Positions 44,274 through 54,114 of a stretch of 64,000 nt of DNA are shown in pieces. Source of the stretch: Nannocystis pusilla (GTDB lineage: Bacteria; Myxococcota_A; Polyangia; Nannocystales; Nannocystaceae); assembly GCF_020073745.1 (NCBI RefSeq), contig NZ_JAIRAU010000002.1, positions 145,694-209,693 of the forward strand, in the 5' to 3' direction. The position numbers were made by a program, and so were the translations under genes. The notes beneath the pieces are model-generated. The model worked only from the letters and a program-made list of their open reading frames with translations. It had not been told where the DNA came from and did no database searches. Positions within the stretch are counted from its first letter, which is position 1. The number at the start of each line of letters is the position of its first letter.

Positions 44274-46673
44274 ATGAAGGAAGTCGAAATTCGGATCGGG
44301 CGCGGCGATCAGGCGCCCCGCTTCGCCGCTGTCCTCGTGAAGTCGGGCAGCACGGCCACCCGCAGCTTCGAGCGCGCCCGCAGCGGCGCCGGCGTGCAGC
44401 TCCACCTCACCGGCGAGCGCAACTACCACCTCGCCCTCGCCGGTGAGCCCTCGGCCGCCGACCGGGCGCTGCTGCTGTCCGCCCTCGGCCACAAGATCCT
44501 CCTCGACTTCCCCGGCCGCCGCGCCGTCCGGCAGCGCCTCGCCAGTCTCTCGGGACAGGGCCTTCAGGACAGGCCAGGGCCGCAGGCGGCCGCGCTCGAC
44601 CTGACCGCGGGCATCCACGGGGCGGCGCCCCTGTTCCTGCTGGCGAGCGGCGAGCTGGCCGGCGACGCCGCCGGACCTGCCCCGAAGGACATGTCCGCGC
44701 TGCCGGTGTTCGTCGCCGCCGCGCGCTGGATCTCGGCCCGGCGGACGTCGAGCTTCGAGCGCCTGTTCCCGCCGAGCGCGTTTTTCCCCGACGAGCCGCT
44801 GCGGACCGAGCGGCTCACGCCGAGCCAGGCGGGGGCGCTGCTCGGGCAGGTCGAGGCCGTGCTCGCGGCCGCGGCCCCGGGCGGGCCCAACGCCGCGGTC
44901 GACGACGCCGTGCAGCTGCGCTCCGCGGCGCTGACGGTGCTGTCCCACGTGGTCGCCACCGCGCTCAAGGACCCCGAGTTCCGCGCCGCCGCCGACGCGG
45001 CTGCGGAGCGCATCTTCCGGCTGGTCGACGAGGAGGCCGGGCCCGGCGGGCGCAGCGAGCTGCGGGCGCACGCGATCTCGCTGCTGTCGCTGCGCGGTCC
45101 GGCCCTGCGCCCCGAGCAGCAGGCGCGCGCGCAGGCGCTGCTGCGCTCGCTGTCGCGGCAGGCCCCGCCGTACGCCGAGCTGTCCGGCCCGTGGCGGTTC
45201 GCGCTCGCCTCGGCGGCCGAGTTCTTCCCTGGCGAGGTCGAGCTGCTGCAGACCAAATACGGCTTCACCAGGATCGCCGCGCCCGAGGGCACGCCGAAGC
45301 CGCCGAACATGTGGGGCGGCGGCTACGAGGTGTTGCAGGCCCCGTTCGTCGGCAAGGGCGGGCGCGAGATCGTGGTGTTCGCCCGCTCGGCCGCGCCGCG
45401 CGACGAGAACTTCGAGATGTCGCAGGAATTCTTCACCGGCCTTTTGGTCAGCCGCCACGCCAACCTCGGCGCCTACGACATGCGCGCCTCGGCGATCCAT
45501 ACCCAGCAGGTCGGCTACAAGCTGATGATGAACTGCCAGTGCGCCGGCCTGACCACGCGCTTCGCCGTCGCACGCATGTTCCCCGACGCCGACATCTTCT
45601 CGAGCTGGGACTCGACGTACTTCCGCACCGGCGAGCACGACAAGGTGGTCGCGTCCGAGGGCATCGACTGCTTCGTGGCGATCCTGCGCGGGCTCGCCGA
45701 GGAGGAGGACTTCGCGGCGATCGACCAGCGGATCCGCAAGGCCCAGTGGCACCACCGCCAGAGCCGCACGCCGGACTTCGTGCAGTTCATCGGCCCGGCC
45801 CACCCGCTGGTGGTCGCGCGCTACCAGGACATCAACCGCGACGGCAAGGCCGACTACTACGACGGCTTCCTCGACTTCCGCCTGGTCGAGATCGCCGAGA
45901 GCCTCAAGGACTCGGCGGTCCCGCGCGACCCCGGCGCCTCGCCGTCGCAGATCAGCGGCGACGCGGCGCGCGGGCTCGGCTGGGCCGCCGGCAGCCTCAA
46001 CCGGGTCACGCAGTACTCTGAACTCTGGGACAGCTTGCCGGGCCAGGCCGAGCTCCTCTACGCGTTCCGGGCCGGCGGCTTCTTCAGCGGCGCCGAGCCG
46101 CCGCGCGACGTGCCGGCCGGCAAGGGCCCGCGCGGCGAGCTGGGGCGCCTGCCCGCGGTGGTCCGCTACGTCCGCGACCCCGCCGGCGAGGCGCTGGCGG
46201 CCGACGTGCTGTTCCACAGCCACCTCAGTCACAGCGCGCAGGAGCTGAAGCGCCTGCTGGTCGGCGCCGAGGCGTGGTGGCGCGCGATCGATCTCGGCTA
46301 CCTCGGCGACGCCGCCCCGCTCGACACGCCGCTCGGCCAGCGCGCCGGGCTGCTGCTGCTGCTCGCGGGCCTGCTCGAGTTCCCGGCCGACCAGAACTTC
46401 GTCGACGGCCTGTGGGAGATGGCGCTCGACATGCTGCACCTGCCGCGCCTGTCCCGCTCGCTGATCCGCCGCTGCAACAGCGACGAGGACCACAACAACG
46501 GCAACTACTACGGATCGTTCCGCGGGATCCGCGAGCTCATCGGCACCGCCGACGCGCCCGGCGGGGCGCTCAAGCAGGCCAACCCGGAGGCCTACGAGGA
46601 GCTCGCGTCGGCCGACCCGGCGATCGGCCGCGCCCGCCCGCTCGGCGAGGTGGCGCAGGCCGCCGGCGCGTGA
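44274..46673 (+). CDS. large hypothetical protein (799 aa)
   Basis: Long ORF with RBS GGAGG 7 nt upstream of ATG. No recognisable motif. Contains internal GGACAG/GGACATGTCC motif pairs. Confidence 0.6.
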   Translation: MKEVEIRIGRGDQAPRFAAVLVKSGSTATRSFERARSGAGVQLHLTGERNYHLALAGEPSAADRALLLSALGHKILLDFPGRRAVRQRLASLSGQGLQDRPGPQAAALDLTAGIHGAAPLFLLASGELAGDAAGPAPKDMSALPVFVAAARWISARRTSSFERLFPPSAFFPDEPLRTERLTPSQAGALLGQVEAVLAAAAPGGPNAAVDDAVQLRSAALTVLSHVVATALKDPEFRAAADAAAERIFRLVDEEAGPGGRSELRAHAISLLSLRGPALRPEQQARAQALLRSLSRQAPPYAELSGPWRFALASAAEFFPGEVELLQTKYGFTRIAAPEGTPKPPNMWGGGYEVLQAPFVGKGGREIVVFARSAAPRDENFEMSQEFFTGLLVSRHANLGAYDMRASAIHTQQVGYKLMMNCQCAGLTTRFAVARMFPDADIFSSWDSTYFRTGEHDKVVASEGIDCFVAILRGLAEEEDFAAIDQRIRKAQWHHRQSRTPDFVQFIGPAHPLVVARYQDINRDGKADYYDGFLDFRLVEIAESLKDSAVPRDPGASPSQISGDAARGLGWAAGSLNRVTQYSELWDSLPGQAELLYAFRAGGFFSGAEPPRDVPAGKGPRGELGRLPAVVRYVRDPAGEALAADVLFHSHLSHSAQELKRLLVGAEAWWRAIDLGYLGDAAPLDTPLGQRAGLLLLLAGLLEFPADQNFVDGLWEMALDMLHLPRLSRSLIRRCNSDEDHNNGNYYGSFRGIRELIGTADAPGGALKQANPEAYEELASADPAIGRARPLGEVAQAAGA

Positions 46674-46708
46674 GCGCCCCGCGCGGCTCACGTCACCGGG
46701 CTGCGCGG

Positions 46709-46736
46709 AGGGACATGCGCTCCCAGCAATGTCCCT
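46709..46736. repeat. hairpin unit GGGACATG-N11-AATGTCCC (two 14-bp-phased units, inverted)
   Basis: 7-bp stem GGGACAT/ATGTCCC, 12-nt loop. Sits between convergent genes. Confidence 0.65.
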
Positions 46737-46760
46737 TCAGCCAGGTACCCGAGCTCGGCG

Positions 46761-47756
46761 TCACGTCGCCGGGCTGTCTGCGGGGACATGCGCTTCGGGC
46801 AATGTCCCTTCGACCAGATGCCCGAGCCACGCGGCGAAGCGCTCGCCGGTGAAGGCGTGGCCGAGGTGGAGCGCCAGCTCGGCCTCGACCGCGCCGCGCC
46901 ACGCCTCGACCTCGCCCGAGCCGGCCAGCAGCTCGCCGAGTGTCGCGTCGCCGAGGCCGTCGACGACCTCCGTCAGCGCGGCCTCGATCTCGGCCGGCAG
47001 GCGGTCCCACGCGGCGAGCCCGACGAGGGCGGCGTGGAGGTCGGCGGCGACCACCGCAGGGTCGAGCTTGACCAGCTCGGCGTGCACGGCGGACTCCGGC
47101 AGATCGAGCAGCGAGGCCAGGACGTCGGCGCGGAAGGCCGCGCCCTCGCCGGCGTTCTTCGGGTCGCTGACGCGATCGACGATCATGTCGATTACGCGAC
47201 CGACGGCCCCGTCGACGAAGCCGCGCACGCGATCCTCGACCGAGGCGTCGAGCCCGACCGCCGAGGCGACGCCCTTGGCGACCCCGAACAGCCTGGAGGT
47301 CACGCCGGCGCCGGGGATCTTGCTGGTGTCCGGCAAGATCGAGCCGACCTTCCTGGCGAAGTCGAGCAGGGTGGTGTGGAGGATCGTGCGCGAGAGGTCG
47401 CGCGTGGTCGCCTGATCGACGACGGCCCGCACGAGCACGCGGCTCGGCGTGTACGGCCTGCGGACGACGGTGCGCAGCAGCGGCTGCAGGTCGCCGGGGA
47501 TCCGCGCCCGCAGCGTGGTCGGGCGCGGGCGGATCCGCCCGAGCGCGTCGCGCAGGCGCTGCTCGAGCCACGCCGCGTGACCGGGCGTGGCGGCGACGGC
47601 CTGCAGGCCGGTCACGAGCAGCGGGGTCAGCCGCGCGGGATCGACGAGGCGACGCGCCGGGGTTGCGAGGGCCTCGTCGACCAGCAGCGTCGCCAGCGCG
47701 GCGAGGTAGCGCGGCTCGTCGCGCAGTCGCGCCAAGAGGGCAGGGACGTGGGGCAC
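46761..47756 (-). CDS. hypothetical protein
   Basis: ~330 aa Ala/Leu-rich ORF. Start uncertain (GTG 47756 chosen). Its last 13 codons lie in the hairpin repeat at 46782-46808. Confidence 0.4.
   Translation of the reverse strand: MPHVPALLARLRDEPRYLAALATLLVDEALATPARRLVDPARLTPLLVTGLQAVAATPGHAAWLEQRLRDALGRIRPRPTTLRARIPGDLQPLLRTVVRRPYTPSRVLVRAVVDQATTRDLSRTILHTTLLDFARKVGSILPDTSKIPGAGVTSRLFGVAKGVASAVGLDASVEDRVRGFVDGAVGRVIDMIVDRVSDPKNAGEGAAFRADVLASLLDLPESAVHAELVKLDPAVVAADLHAALVGLAAWDRLPAEIEAALTEVVDGLGDATLGELLAGSGEVEAWRGAVEAELALHLGHAFTGERFAAWLGHLVEGTLPEAHVPADSPAT
46782..46808. repeat. second copy of hairpin unit GGGACATGCGCTTCGGGCAATGTCCC
   Basis: Same stem as 46709-46736, loop differs at 3 positions. 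73 bp downstream of the first copy. Confidence 0.65.
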
Positions 47757-47865
47757 GTCGCCCCTATACCAAGCTTCACGGGCCGGGGATACGCTGGTCC
47801 TCACGACGCGGCGGGCCGGCCTCCGCCGGAGACCCGGCCCCGAACACGCGCGTTGTCCCGCCGCC

Positions 47866-48783
47866 ATGCACAGTCGCAACGTCGAGATCAAGAGCCCCTG
47901 CCACGAGTCGTGGGACGCCATGCACGGCGATGATGCGCGCCGCTTCTGCGATGTCTGCGCCAAGCACGTGCACAACCTCTCGGCGATGACCCGACAGGCC
48001 GCCACCGATCTCCTCGAGGCGAACAAGGGCCAGCACCTGTGCGTGCGCTACTCGAACCAGGAAGACGGCCAGATCGCGTTCCGCGACACGCCCGTGGTCC
48101 CCGTGTCGCGCCTCCGCACCGCGCGGACGGCCTTCGCGGCGATGATGCTGGCGGCCTGCACCCCGCACGGCGATGGCCCGCCGATCCAGGACCTCGGCGA
48201 CATCGCCATCGAGACCATGGCCCGCGACGCCAAGCCCTCGCCCGAGGGCGGCTGCGAGGTCCAGACCGGGCCGTTCACGACGATGCACTTCCCGCGCGGC
48301 CACGAGGTGTGCCGCAACGTGGCCGACCTCGGCGAGCAGATCAAACCGCCGACGCCCCCGATCGTCGAGCCGCCGCCGCCGCCGCCGACGCTCATGGGCG
48401 CCCCGGAGCCGGTCCGGCCGCCGCCGCCGCCGGTGACGGAGGAACTGATGGGCAAGGTGGCGCCGCCGGTCGAGCACGTGAAGATGGGCGAGGCGATGCC
48501 CGAGGTGAAGGAGCCCTGCGATCCGCAGCCGGGCTTCGCCCCGCCGCCGCCCTCGCTGCTGATGGGCCAGACGGCGGCGCCGGTCGTCGCTCCGCCGCCC
48601 CCGTCGGCGCTGATGGGTGGAGCCGTCCCGATCGAGGCGGAGCCGCCGTCGCCGCCGCCCGCGCTGATGGGTGACATCGCCGTCGCCCCGGAGCCGCCGC
48701 CGCCGCCCGTCGAGCCGCCCAGGGTCAAGATGGGGAAGATCGCCAGCCCGAAGACCGGCGGCGCGGTGATCGACGAGTTCTGA
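47866..48783 (+). CDS. proline-rich protein with N-terminal Cys/His zinc-finger-like region and periodic xLMGx motifs
   Basis: N-terminal CHESWDAMHGDDARRFCDVCAKHVH, then PPPP tracts punctuated by TLMG/ELMG/LLMG/ALMG/VKMG about every 20-25 aa. 305 aa. Confidence 0.55.
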   Translation: MHSRNVEIKSPCHESWDAMHGDDARRFCDVCAKHVHNLSAMTRQAATDLLEANKGQHLCVRYSNQEDGQIAFRDTPVVPVSRLRTARTAFAAMMLAACTPHGDGPPIQDLGDIAIETMARDAKPSPEGGCEVQTGPFTTMHFPRGHEVCRNVADLGEQIKPPTPPIVEPPPPPPTLMGAPEPVRPPPPPVTEELMGKVAPPVEHVKMGEAMPEVKEPCDPQPGFAPPPPSLLMGQTAAPVVAPPPPSALMGGAVPIEAEPPSPPPALMGDIAVAPEPPPPPVEPPRVKMGKIASPKTGGAVIDEF

Positions 48784-48808
48784 GCCGCGCGGCTCCTGAC
48801 TGAAAGGG

Positions 48809-48892
48809 CATGGCCGTGACGCCATGTCCTTTTTCACATGTGGCAGACGATATGTCCTCAGTGACATGTCCTCGACGACATGTCCTGAACCG
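48809..48892. repeat. 6-unit 14-bp CATGTCC array at convergent junction (Pro-rich protein / giant protein)
   Basis: CATGGC 48809, CATGTC 48823, CATGTG 48837, TATGTC 48851, CATGTC 48865, CATGTC 48879. Perfect 14-bp period. Confidence 0.85.
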
Positions 48893-48915
48893 CGGGCCGC
48901 AGCAGCCGCCCGCGG

Positions 48916-51900
48916 TCAGTCCTCGCCGGCGGCGGGTGCCTCGTCGGGGCGGGCCTCGGCCGCCGGCGTGAAGTCCTCGCGGTTGCTGTCCCACCAGGCC
49001 TGCCAGGCGCGCAGGGCGAGGTCGCGGCTGCGCCGGTCGCCCTCGGCGGGGAACGGGATCCGCTGGCCGGTGATCCGCGCCAGCTCGTCGGCGGCCCAGC
49101 GGCGGACGGCCTCGTCGCGGTGGCGCAGGCCGTCGATGACCCACTCGATACGCGGCTCGTGGCCGTGCTCGGCGTACCAGGCGCGCCAGCGGGCGGCGCG
49201 GTAGCCGTGGTGCTTGGCGGTGATCGAGCACAGGGCCTCGAGCGCGGCCTCGCGGACGTGCTTGTCGCGCACGGCAAGGAGGTCGATGAGCCGCGGCACG
49301 GCGAGGGTGTCGCGCAGCGTGCCGGCGGCCTCGACCGCGAGCAGCTGGCGGTCGCGGTCACGGCTGTCGAGGTCCTCGCGGATCTCGGCGGCGACCGCGA
49401 CGAAGTCGGGCACGCGGCTGTACGACTCGAGCACGCGGGTGGCGATCAGGCGCACGTCGGGGTCGGTGTCGAACGCGAGCTCGCCGAGCGGGCGCAGGCA
49501 CCGGGGGTCGCGCAGCTCCTGGAACAGGAACGCGGCGTAGAAGCGGATCTGCGGCCGCACGCTGGCGAACAGCGCCAGGATGTGCGGGCTGACCGCGTGC
49601 CCGAGCTCGACGCAGGCGCGCAGCAGCGGGCCGTGGGCGCTCGGCGGCGGGAAGTTGGTCGCGTTCGCCAGGTCGATCGGCCCGGGGAAGCGCGCGGCCA
49701 GGCGGGCCAGGCCGCGCTGGTCGAGCGCCCGCAGCCGCGACACGCTGGTCCATTCGGCCGGGTCCTGCAGGAAGCCCTCGATGATCGCGTCGATCTCGTC
49801 GTCGCTGAGGGCCGCGCCGGCGCCGGTCGCCTCGGGCTCCTCGGCGGCCAGCTCCTCGGCGGGGGCGGGGGCCGGAGTCTGGCTGTCCTCGGCGACCTGC
49901 TCTTCGGGACCGGTCGCCGGGGGCATGTCCTCGACGACATGTTTGATGGCGCCGCGAGATGTCGAGGCGCTGGCCGGCTCGTCGGGCCCGTGTCGCATGA
50001 CGCCGCGGGAGGTCGAGGCGCCGGCCGAATCGTCGGGGCCGCGCCGCGTGGCCCCGCGGGAGATCGAGGCGCTGGCCGAATCGTCGGGCTCGTGCCGGAT
50101 GGCGCCGCGGGAGGTCGAGGCGCTGGCCGAATCGTCGGGGGCGTGCCGGATGGCGCCGCGGGAGGTCGAGGCGCTGGCCGGCTCGTCGAGCGCGTCGCCT
50201 GTCCCCGACTCGCGGACCAGCCGCGGCATGCTGAGCGCGCTCGAGGAGGCCTCGGAGCGCGGCTCCTGCTTGCCGCGGCGCCGCCCGCTGCGCGGGCCGA
50301 TCAGCGTGGTCGGTATCGACAGCGTGGCCGTGCTGTCCTCGCTGTCGCTCGGATCGCTGCGGCGCGCCATCGGGTGCGGGGTGGCCGTGAGCCCGCCCTG
50401 GCGCCGCAGGGTCTTCGGGATCACGAGCACCGGCTCCTCCTCGACCGGCGCGGGCGTGCGACGGCGGCGGCCGGCGCCCGGGGTCCCGGGCGGGGCGATC
50501 AGGTTGGGGATCAACGTCGACGGCGGGACCGCGGGATCGAGCGGCGGGATGTCGAGGACCGTCTCGGCATCCGGCGCCGCGCGCGTCTCCACCACCGGCG
50601 GCTCGTGGGCCGGCGGCGGCGAGAGGTCGAGGACCGTCGGCGTGTCGGAGGCGGCGCGCGGCCAGGCGTCGAACTCGGGGTCGGGCCCGGCCGCCCGCGC
50701 CCGCGCGGCCTCGTCGAGGACGACCCGCGGCGCGCCCGGCAAGGTCGCGGCGGGATCGAGGTCGGGGCCCCGCTCGGCCCCGGCGGCCGCGGCCCGCAGC
50801 GCGTCCGCCATCGGCAGCGGATCCTCGATGCCCGAGGCCTCGGAGGAGGCGATCCAGCCGGGCATGTCGGGTCCGCTCTCGGCTGGCGTGGAGGACATGT
50901 CGCTTCGCGCATGTCCAAAAGTATTGGGCCGATCGGACAGGTCGATGGTGACCGACGGCAGCGGCTTGGAGTAGAGGGCGGCGAAGCGGGCGACCAGGGG
51001 GCTGTCCCCGCCCTCGGGGCCGAGCGGCACCGGCACCGGCGCGAGCCCGAGGCCGGGCCCGTCGCGGCGGTCCTCCTCTTCTTCGCGCTCGAGCTCGGCG
51101 GCGTCGAGCCCGCCGGACTCGTCGGCGTCGGCGTCGATGTCGGCCTCGGTGGGCGCTTCTTCGGGCACCAGCGTCGGCGCGCGCGTGGCCGCGGAGCTCT
51201 CGGGGCGGACCGGCAGCGGCGTCACGGTCGACAGCTCGTCGCGCCGGATCGGGTTCTTCAGCGTGATGATCGCGCGCCCGCGGTTGTTGCCGCGGCCGCG
51301 CGAGCGGCTGGTCGAGGCGCTGTCGCCGAAGCCGGGCTCGACGGTGCCGCCGGCCGGGGGCAGGGACGCCTCGTGCTCTTCGGCCGCGGGGGTGGGCTCG
51401 GCCGGGGCCGACGCGGCGACCTGCGGCGCGCTGTCCTCGGCGTCGTTCGTGCTCGCGGCGTCGCTCTCGTCGACCGTGACCACCGGCGTCGCGAGGTGCG
51501 GCCGCGCGGCCGGGCGCGAGCGATCGGCCGGACCCGCCCCGGGCGTGCCGCCGGGCACGACCCATCCGAGCAGTCGGAGCAGGGCCTCGAGGCTCTGCCT
51601 CGCGGTGTCGCACAGCTCGCGCACGACGGTCCGCTCGCGCGGATCGAAGGCGACGCCGGCCCGGTCGAGGTAGAGCATCAGGACGGTGCGGCCCCCGGCG
51701 AGGACCGGCTCGAAGACGCAGGGGATCCCGAGCGGCTGACCCACCGCGGACGACAGGCTCGGCTCGGCCAGCAGGTGCAGCGGACCCTGGCCGGTGACGG
51801 CGCGATCGAGCAGGCCGCCCTCGGGCAAGGCGAGCACGACGCCCTCGGCCAGCTGCAGGGCGCTGCCGGGCGCGGCCAGGACGCGCAGGCCCTCGCGCTT

Positions 51901-54114
51901 GACCCCGAACAGGGCGACGCGGGGGGCGATCAGCGACGCCGCGCGCACCAGCGCCTCGGTGATCCGGTCGCGCTCGCGCGCGGTCGCCAGCGCGGCCCGG
52001 GCGGCGTCGAGCCGCTGCGCCAGGGTCATGACCATCGCCTGCGGCGGCGGCGGCGGCTTGCGGGACGACGACTCGACCATCCCATGGCTGGTCGAAGAGG
52101 CAGGTGAATCCTGGTCCGGCTCGGCCGGGCTCGAGCTGGCCGTCGGGACAGGCGTGATCGGGGCGGAGACGGCGGCGGCCGTCGGGTGGGCGACGCCGTT
52201 GCTCGGGCCGTGCGCGGCCGGGGTGGGCGCGTGGCTGTCCGATGAGACAGGTGACGGCCGTTCGGAAGCGGGGGCCGCGGCCGGGCGCTCGAGCGCCGGG
52301 CTCTGGCTGGGCCGCTCACGGGCGGCGGCCGGCCACGCCGCGGTCTCCCTGCTCGAAGAGACAGGCGTGACCGCGAACTTGGCGGGGCCGGTGCGCTCCG
52401 GGGCGGCGCCCTCGGCCGGCAAGATGATGAGCGGGGTGTCCGGGGCGATCGCCAGCCCCGACAGCGAGGCGCCGCCGAAGCCCTCGAAGCCGCGCGGGGC
52501 GACGAGCGGCGCGTCGGGAGCCACCGGGACCGCCTCCATCCCGACGGGCGGGCGGTTGGCGACGGCGGCGGCGATCGGCATCGGCGCGGTCCCGGTGGCC
52601 CGGCTGGGGGCGAGCTCGGGGGCGGGGGCGTCGGTGACCGACGGCGCCGGGCGCGGAGCTGCTTCTTCGGCCCTGTCTGCCGGGACAGATTCGGATCGCG
52701 CGGGCGCTTCGGGTCCGCGTGAGGCAGGAGCTGGCGGTCCGGCCGGCTCGGCGCCGGAGGGCCCGGCCGTCGAGGTCGCGGGCGCTGTTGCTTCGAGGCT
52801 ATCCTCTGGGGCAGGAGGGGCCGGGGCCGCCGCGCTGGCACTCGCCGGCTCGACGGCGAGCGGGGAGGGGGCGTCCGCGCGGTCCGCCTCGGCCTGCGCC
52901 GTGCTGGTGTCCGGCGCCGGTGAAGCTGCGGCGAGGTCGTGGGCGTCCGACCCGACGGTCGTGGGCGGGGCGACGGCCGCGGTGCTGTCCGAAGAGGCAG
53001 GTTCGGACGCGGCTGTGGTGCTGTCCGAAGGGACAGGCTCGGGCGCGGCGCTGATGCTGTCCGAAGGGACAGGTTCTGGCGCAGCCGCGATACTGTCCGA
53101 TGAGACGGGTTCGGGCGCGGCTGCGGTGTTGTCCGAGGGGACAGGTTCGGGCGCGGCCGCGGTGCTGCTCGAAGAGGCAGGTTCGGGTGCGGCTTCGGTG
53201 CTGTCTGAAGAGGCAGGTTCGGGTGCGGCCTCGGCGCTGCTGTCCGAACGGTCAGGCGCGGCGGGCCGGGGCTCGACGCCGTCGTCCGAACGGTCGGGCG
53301 CGCCGCTCGGGACGACAGCCGTGGCCTGGGCCTCGGCGCTGCTGCCCGAAGGGACAGGTGAATCCGCAACGCTTTCGGGAACCGGAGCGGCCAGGTCGGC
53401 AGAGACCGGCGTCGCGCCGCTGCTGTCCGCGGCTCCGGCCCTGTCCGAAGCGACAGGCGTGGCCGCCGGCGAGCTCGCGCTGCTGTCCGAAGAGACAGGC
53501 GGCGCCGAGCTGGCGCGCGCGGCCACGGCCGGGCCCGACATCGCGGCCGGGCGCGGGCCGGCGTTCTGCCTGTCCCCCGGGACAGGTACGTCCTGGAGCG
53601 GCGCGTCCGAGGCCGGCAGGTGGACCGTGGGGGTCGTGCTGCGCAGCGCCTCGAGGTAGTCGAGCAGGATCAGCGCGTAGCGCGGGGCCAGGATGGCGCC
53701 GGTGCGCTCGACGGCGACCTTGGCCAGGCAGCACTCGGGCGCGACCACCGGGTAGAAGCCGCGGATCAGGCGGTACAGCTGGCCGAGCTTGGCGTCGGGC
53801 AGGTCGGGGTGGACGGCGACGATCAGGCGCCCGTCCTCGGCCGCGAGGGGCATGGCCCAGCCGATGTCGACCAGGTCCTTCGGGACATGTTCCCAGGGCC
53901 GGGTCGGTCCGCGCTCGAGCAGCCGCACCGGCGCGCCCGGGAGGCCGCAGGCGCTCTGCAGCAGGGCGTCGAGCGCGAGCGGGGTCATCAGGCCGAGCTC
54001 GAGGATCGCGGTGTCGAGGCTGCCGCCGGCCTGCTGTTGCCGCCGGGTCGCGGCCTCGAGATCGGCGCGCGACAGCGGACCGTTGGCTTCGAGGTGGCGC
54101 AGGAGGAGGCTCAC
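48916..54114 (-). CDS. giant multidomain protein: N-terminal GspE-N/MshEN-like domain, long acidic Ser/Pro/Ala low-complexity tandem repeats, C-terminal HEAT repeats
   Basis: GTG start at 54114 overlaps the RDD gene stop (GTGA). N-terminus LLRHLEANGPLSRADLEAATRRQQQAGGSLDTAILELGLMTPLALDALL matches the T2SSE_N/MshEN fold. C-terminal ~300 aa are HEAT/PBS-lyase-like (DPDVRLIATRVL, DKHVREAALEAL, DEAVRRWAADEL). The upstream 394 aa of ORF 48916..55296 are Arg-rich read-through. Confidence 0.6.
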   Translation of the reverse strand: MSLLLRHLEANGPLSRADLEAATRRQQQAGGSLDTAILELGLMTPLALDALLQSACGLPGAPVRLLERGPTRPWEHVPKDLVDIGWAMPLAAEDGRLIVAVHPDLPDAKLGQLYRLIRGFYPVVAPECCLAKVAVERTGAILAPRYALILLDYLEALRSTTPTVHLPASDAPLQDVPVPGDRQNAGPRPAAMSGPAVAARASSAPPVSSDSSASSPAATPVASDRAGAADSSGATPVSADLAAPVPESVADSPVPSGSSAEAQATAVVPSGAPDRSDDGVEPRPAAPDRSDSSAEAAPEPASSDSTEAAPEPASSSSTAAAPEPVPSDNTAAAPEPVSSDSIAAAPEPVPSDSISAAPEPVPSDSTTAASEPASSDSTAAVAPPTTVGSDAHDLAAASPAPDTSTAQAEADRADAPSPLAVEPASASAAAPAPPAPEDSLEATAPATSTAGPSGAEPAGPPAPASRGPEAPARSESVPADRAEEAAPRPAPSVTDAPAPELAPSRATGTAPMPIAAAVANRPPVGMEAVPVAPDAPLVAPRGFEGFGGASLSGLAIAPDTPLIILPAEGAAPERTGPAKFAVTPVSSSRETAAWPAAARERPSQSPALERPAAAPASERPSPVSSDSHAPTPAAHGPSNGVAHPTAAAVSAPITPVPTASSSPAEPDQDSPASSTSHGMVESSSRKPPPPPQAMVMTLAQRLDAARAALATARERDRITEALVRAASLIAPRVALFGVKREGLRVLAAPGSALQLAEGVVLALPEGGLLDRAVTGQGPLHLLAEPSLSSAVGQPLGIPCVFEPVLAGGRTVLMLYLDRAGVAFDPRERTVVRELCDTARQSLEALLRLLGWVVPGGTPGAGPADRSRPAARPHLATPVVTVDESDAASTNDAEDSAPQVAASAPAEPTPAAEEHEASLPPAGGTVEPGFGDSASTSRSRGRGNNRGRAIITLKNPIRRDELSTVTPLPVRPESSAATRAPTLVPEEAPTEADIDADADESGGLDAAELEREEEEDRRDGPGLGLAPVPVPLGPEGGDSPLVARFAALYSKPLPSVTIDLSDRPNTFGHARSDMSSTPAESGPDMPGWIASSEASGIEDPLPMADALRAAAAGAERGPDLDPAATLPGAPRVVLDEAARARAAGPDPEFDAWPRAASDTPTVLDLSPPPAHEPPVVETRAAPDAETVLDIPPLDPAVPPSTLIPNLIAPPGTPGAGRRRRTPAPVEEEPVLVIPKTLRRQGGLTATPHPMARRSDPSDSEDSTATLSIPTTLIGPRSGRRRGKQEPRSEASSSALSMPRLVRESGTGDALDEPASASTSRGAIRHAPDDSASASTSRGAIRHEPDDSASASISRGATRRGPDDSAGASTSRGVMRHGPDEPASASTSRGAIKHVVEDMPPATGPEEQVAEDSQTPAPAPAEELAAEEPEATGAGAALSDDEIDAIIEGFLQDPAEWTSVSRLRALDQRGLARLAARFPGPIDLANATNFPPPSAHGPLLRACVELGHAVSPHILALFASVRPQIRFYAAFLFQELRDPRCLRPLGELAFDTDPDVRLIATRVLESYSRVPDFVAVAAEIREDLDSRDRDRQLLAVEAAGTLRDTLAVPRLIDLLAVRDKHVREAALEALCSITAKHHGYRAARWRAWYAEHGHEPRIEWVIDGLRHRDEAVRRWAADELARITGQRIPFPAEGDRRSRDLALRAWQAWWDSNREDFTPAAEARPDEAPAAGED
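49950..50215. repeat. intragenic ~60-bp tandem repeat (5 units) in giant protein gene
   Basis: Units GCGCCGCGGGAGGTCGAGGCGCTGGCCGAATCGTCGGG(G/C)... encode repeated ASTSRGAIRH(A/E)PDDSAS on the minus strand. Confidence 0.75.
52960..53260. repeat. intragenic ~36-42-bp tandem repeat (~7 units) containing CTGTCCGAAGGGACAG inverted motif
   Basis: Units GTGCTGTCCGAAGGGACAGGTTCGGGCGCGGC... encode APEPVPSDS(I/T)(S/A)A repeats on the minus strand. Confidence 0.75.
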
